Shown one piece after another: positions 62,912 to 64,000 of a stretch of 64,000 nt of DNA (the first letter of the stretch is position 1; every line of letters starts with the position of its first letter). The stretch covers positions 288,001 through 352,000 of the forward strand of contig JAVRCJ020000001.1 in assembly GCA_034530875.2 (NCBI GenBank). The letters are read 5' to 3'. The translations under genes and the position numbers were made by a program. The notes beneath the pieces were generated by a model. It saw only the letters and a list, made by a program, of their open reading frames with translations. It was not told where the DNA came from and ran no database searches. The stretch comes from Nostoc sp. DedSLP01. Its GTDB lineage: Bacteria > Cyanobacteriota > Cyanobacteriia > Cyanobacteriales > Nostocaceae.

Positions 62912-63294
62912 TGCAGCAATTACTGGATACTCATATCTTTATTTGGTTTATTATGGGCGACCCAAGAATTAGTAATAACTTGCGAGATCGAATTGAAAAT
63001 AATGATAATTGCTTAAGTATTGCTAGTGTTTGGGAAATGGCAATTAAGCACAGTATTGGCAAACTTAGCTTTAATTTAAATTTTTCCGAGTTTGTCGAAC
63101 AACAAATAATCATGAATGGTATTCAATTAGTAGATATCAAAATTGAGCATATTTTAACTGTTTCCCAAATTCCCTTACATCATCGCGATCCATTTGACAG
63201 AATGTTGATTGCTCAAGCAATAGTGGAAAACATACCTGTGTTAAGTGCTGATACAATATTTGATGCTTATCCAATACAGCGTTTGTGGTCATAA
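62911..63294 (+). CDS. vapC: PIN-domain toxin VapC
   Basis: LLDTHIFIW, SIASVWEMAIK, HRDPFDRMLIAQA and LSAD. Confidence 0.93.
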   Translation: MQQLLDTHIFIWFIMGDPRISNNLRDRIENNDNCLSIASVWEMAIKHSIGKLSFNLNFSEFVEQQIIMNGIQLVDIKIEHILTVSQIPLHHRDPFDRMLIAQAIVENIPVLSADTIFDAYPIQRLWS

Positions 63295-63354
63295 GCTTCA
63301 TTAAATTTAGATACATAAACTAGATGTTAAACAGCTTATTGTCACTAATGATTC

Positions 63355-64000
63355 CTAAGTTTTGCGTTGATTAACCCAGCGTGCCGCCTCAATAGCAGAT
63401 GCGAACCGCATAGACACTCTAAAAACCTGCACTTCTCCTGTATGCGGATTTGTTACTTTGAGGAACTGCTTAGGCTGGACATTAATTCCCTCAACAACAC
63501 GTAACAACTTGTATTCTTCCCAAGAGTCAATTTCGACTGCTTTCATTTTTTCAAATATCTTTGTCCAGGCGATATCGTCGAGTTTACGGTTCCGTTGTAG
63601 GGTTATTTTACCGTGATGTGCATTCAGGCTATACCCATCTGCAAAGGCTACGGCAGGTGTATCTTCGCCGTGGAGATGGTTGTCGCTATCAATATTAATT
63701 GAGGTGGCATGGTTGGAAATAATGGCCATATTCTTAAAGAAAAAAGTCCAGCCGCAATTTTTAACAAAGTCTTCTAAAACTAATAATTGGTTTTCAAATT
63801 GATGGTATTTGAAACTATGAATACAAAATTCAAAATAACTACATCCTGCAATTAAAGTTTCAGGTTTGTGGCAGGAAGAGAATATATTTTTAATTAATTT
63901 GCGATCGCGTTTGCCAAAATGTTCCTCCAAAACATCTCCCCATTGTATTTCTAGCTGTTCTTGCAGTAACTTTTCATACTCTTTTGCTAGATTATTTTTA
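63355..64000 (-). CDS. DUF6745-like protein (5' part outside the window)
   Basis: Frame is open to the window edge; LHGEDTPAVAFADGYSLNAHHG. Confidence 0.6.
   Translation of the reverse strand, partial: KNNLAKEYEKLLQEQLEIQWGDVLEEHFGKRDRKLIKNIFSSCHKPETLIAGCSYFEFCIHSFKYHQFENQLLVLEDFVKNCGWTFFFKNMAIISNHATSINIDSDNHLHGEDTPAVAFADGYSLNAHHGKITLQRNRKLDDIAWTKIFEKMKAVEIDSWEEYKLLRVVEGINVQPKQFLKVTNPHTGEVQVFRVSMRFASAIEAARWVNQRKT

Overview
This is an AT-rich window from a cyanobacterium, most likely a filamentous heterocyst-forming one (Nostocales-like). Evidence: abundant HIP1 octamers (GCGATCGC), heptamer STRR tracts, xisH/xisI, RTX and pentapeptide proteins, and an ATTGAAAC-type CRISPR repeat. From left to right it holds: an atypical Hsp70; an RTX Ca-binding protein; a partly decayed redox/detox cluster; two tandem Ser/Thr kinases; arfB; a two-partner secretion pair whose passenger is a GT2 glycosyltransferase-TpsA-CHAT protease fusion with an in-frame MITE insertion; a CRISPR array with no cas genes in the window (19 identical repeats, decayed trailer, structured leader); a TIR-TM-WD40 gene next to a greatly expanded peptidoglycan-binding C1A peptidase; an SLH protein; rpiA; a Doc toxin with an unusual 208-aa partner; a PGM1-like ATP-grasp protein; mgtE; a PA14/Calx-beta/GSDH protein; a flavoprotein reductase-TVP38-GT2 cluster; and a Trypco1-like gene divergent from a caspase-nSTAND1-pentapeptide gene, followed by xisHI and vapBC. 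Several MITE and SDR families occur, some with clear target-site duplications. All family calls come from motif recognition by eye; no database searches were run.
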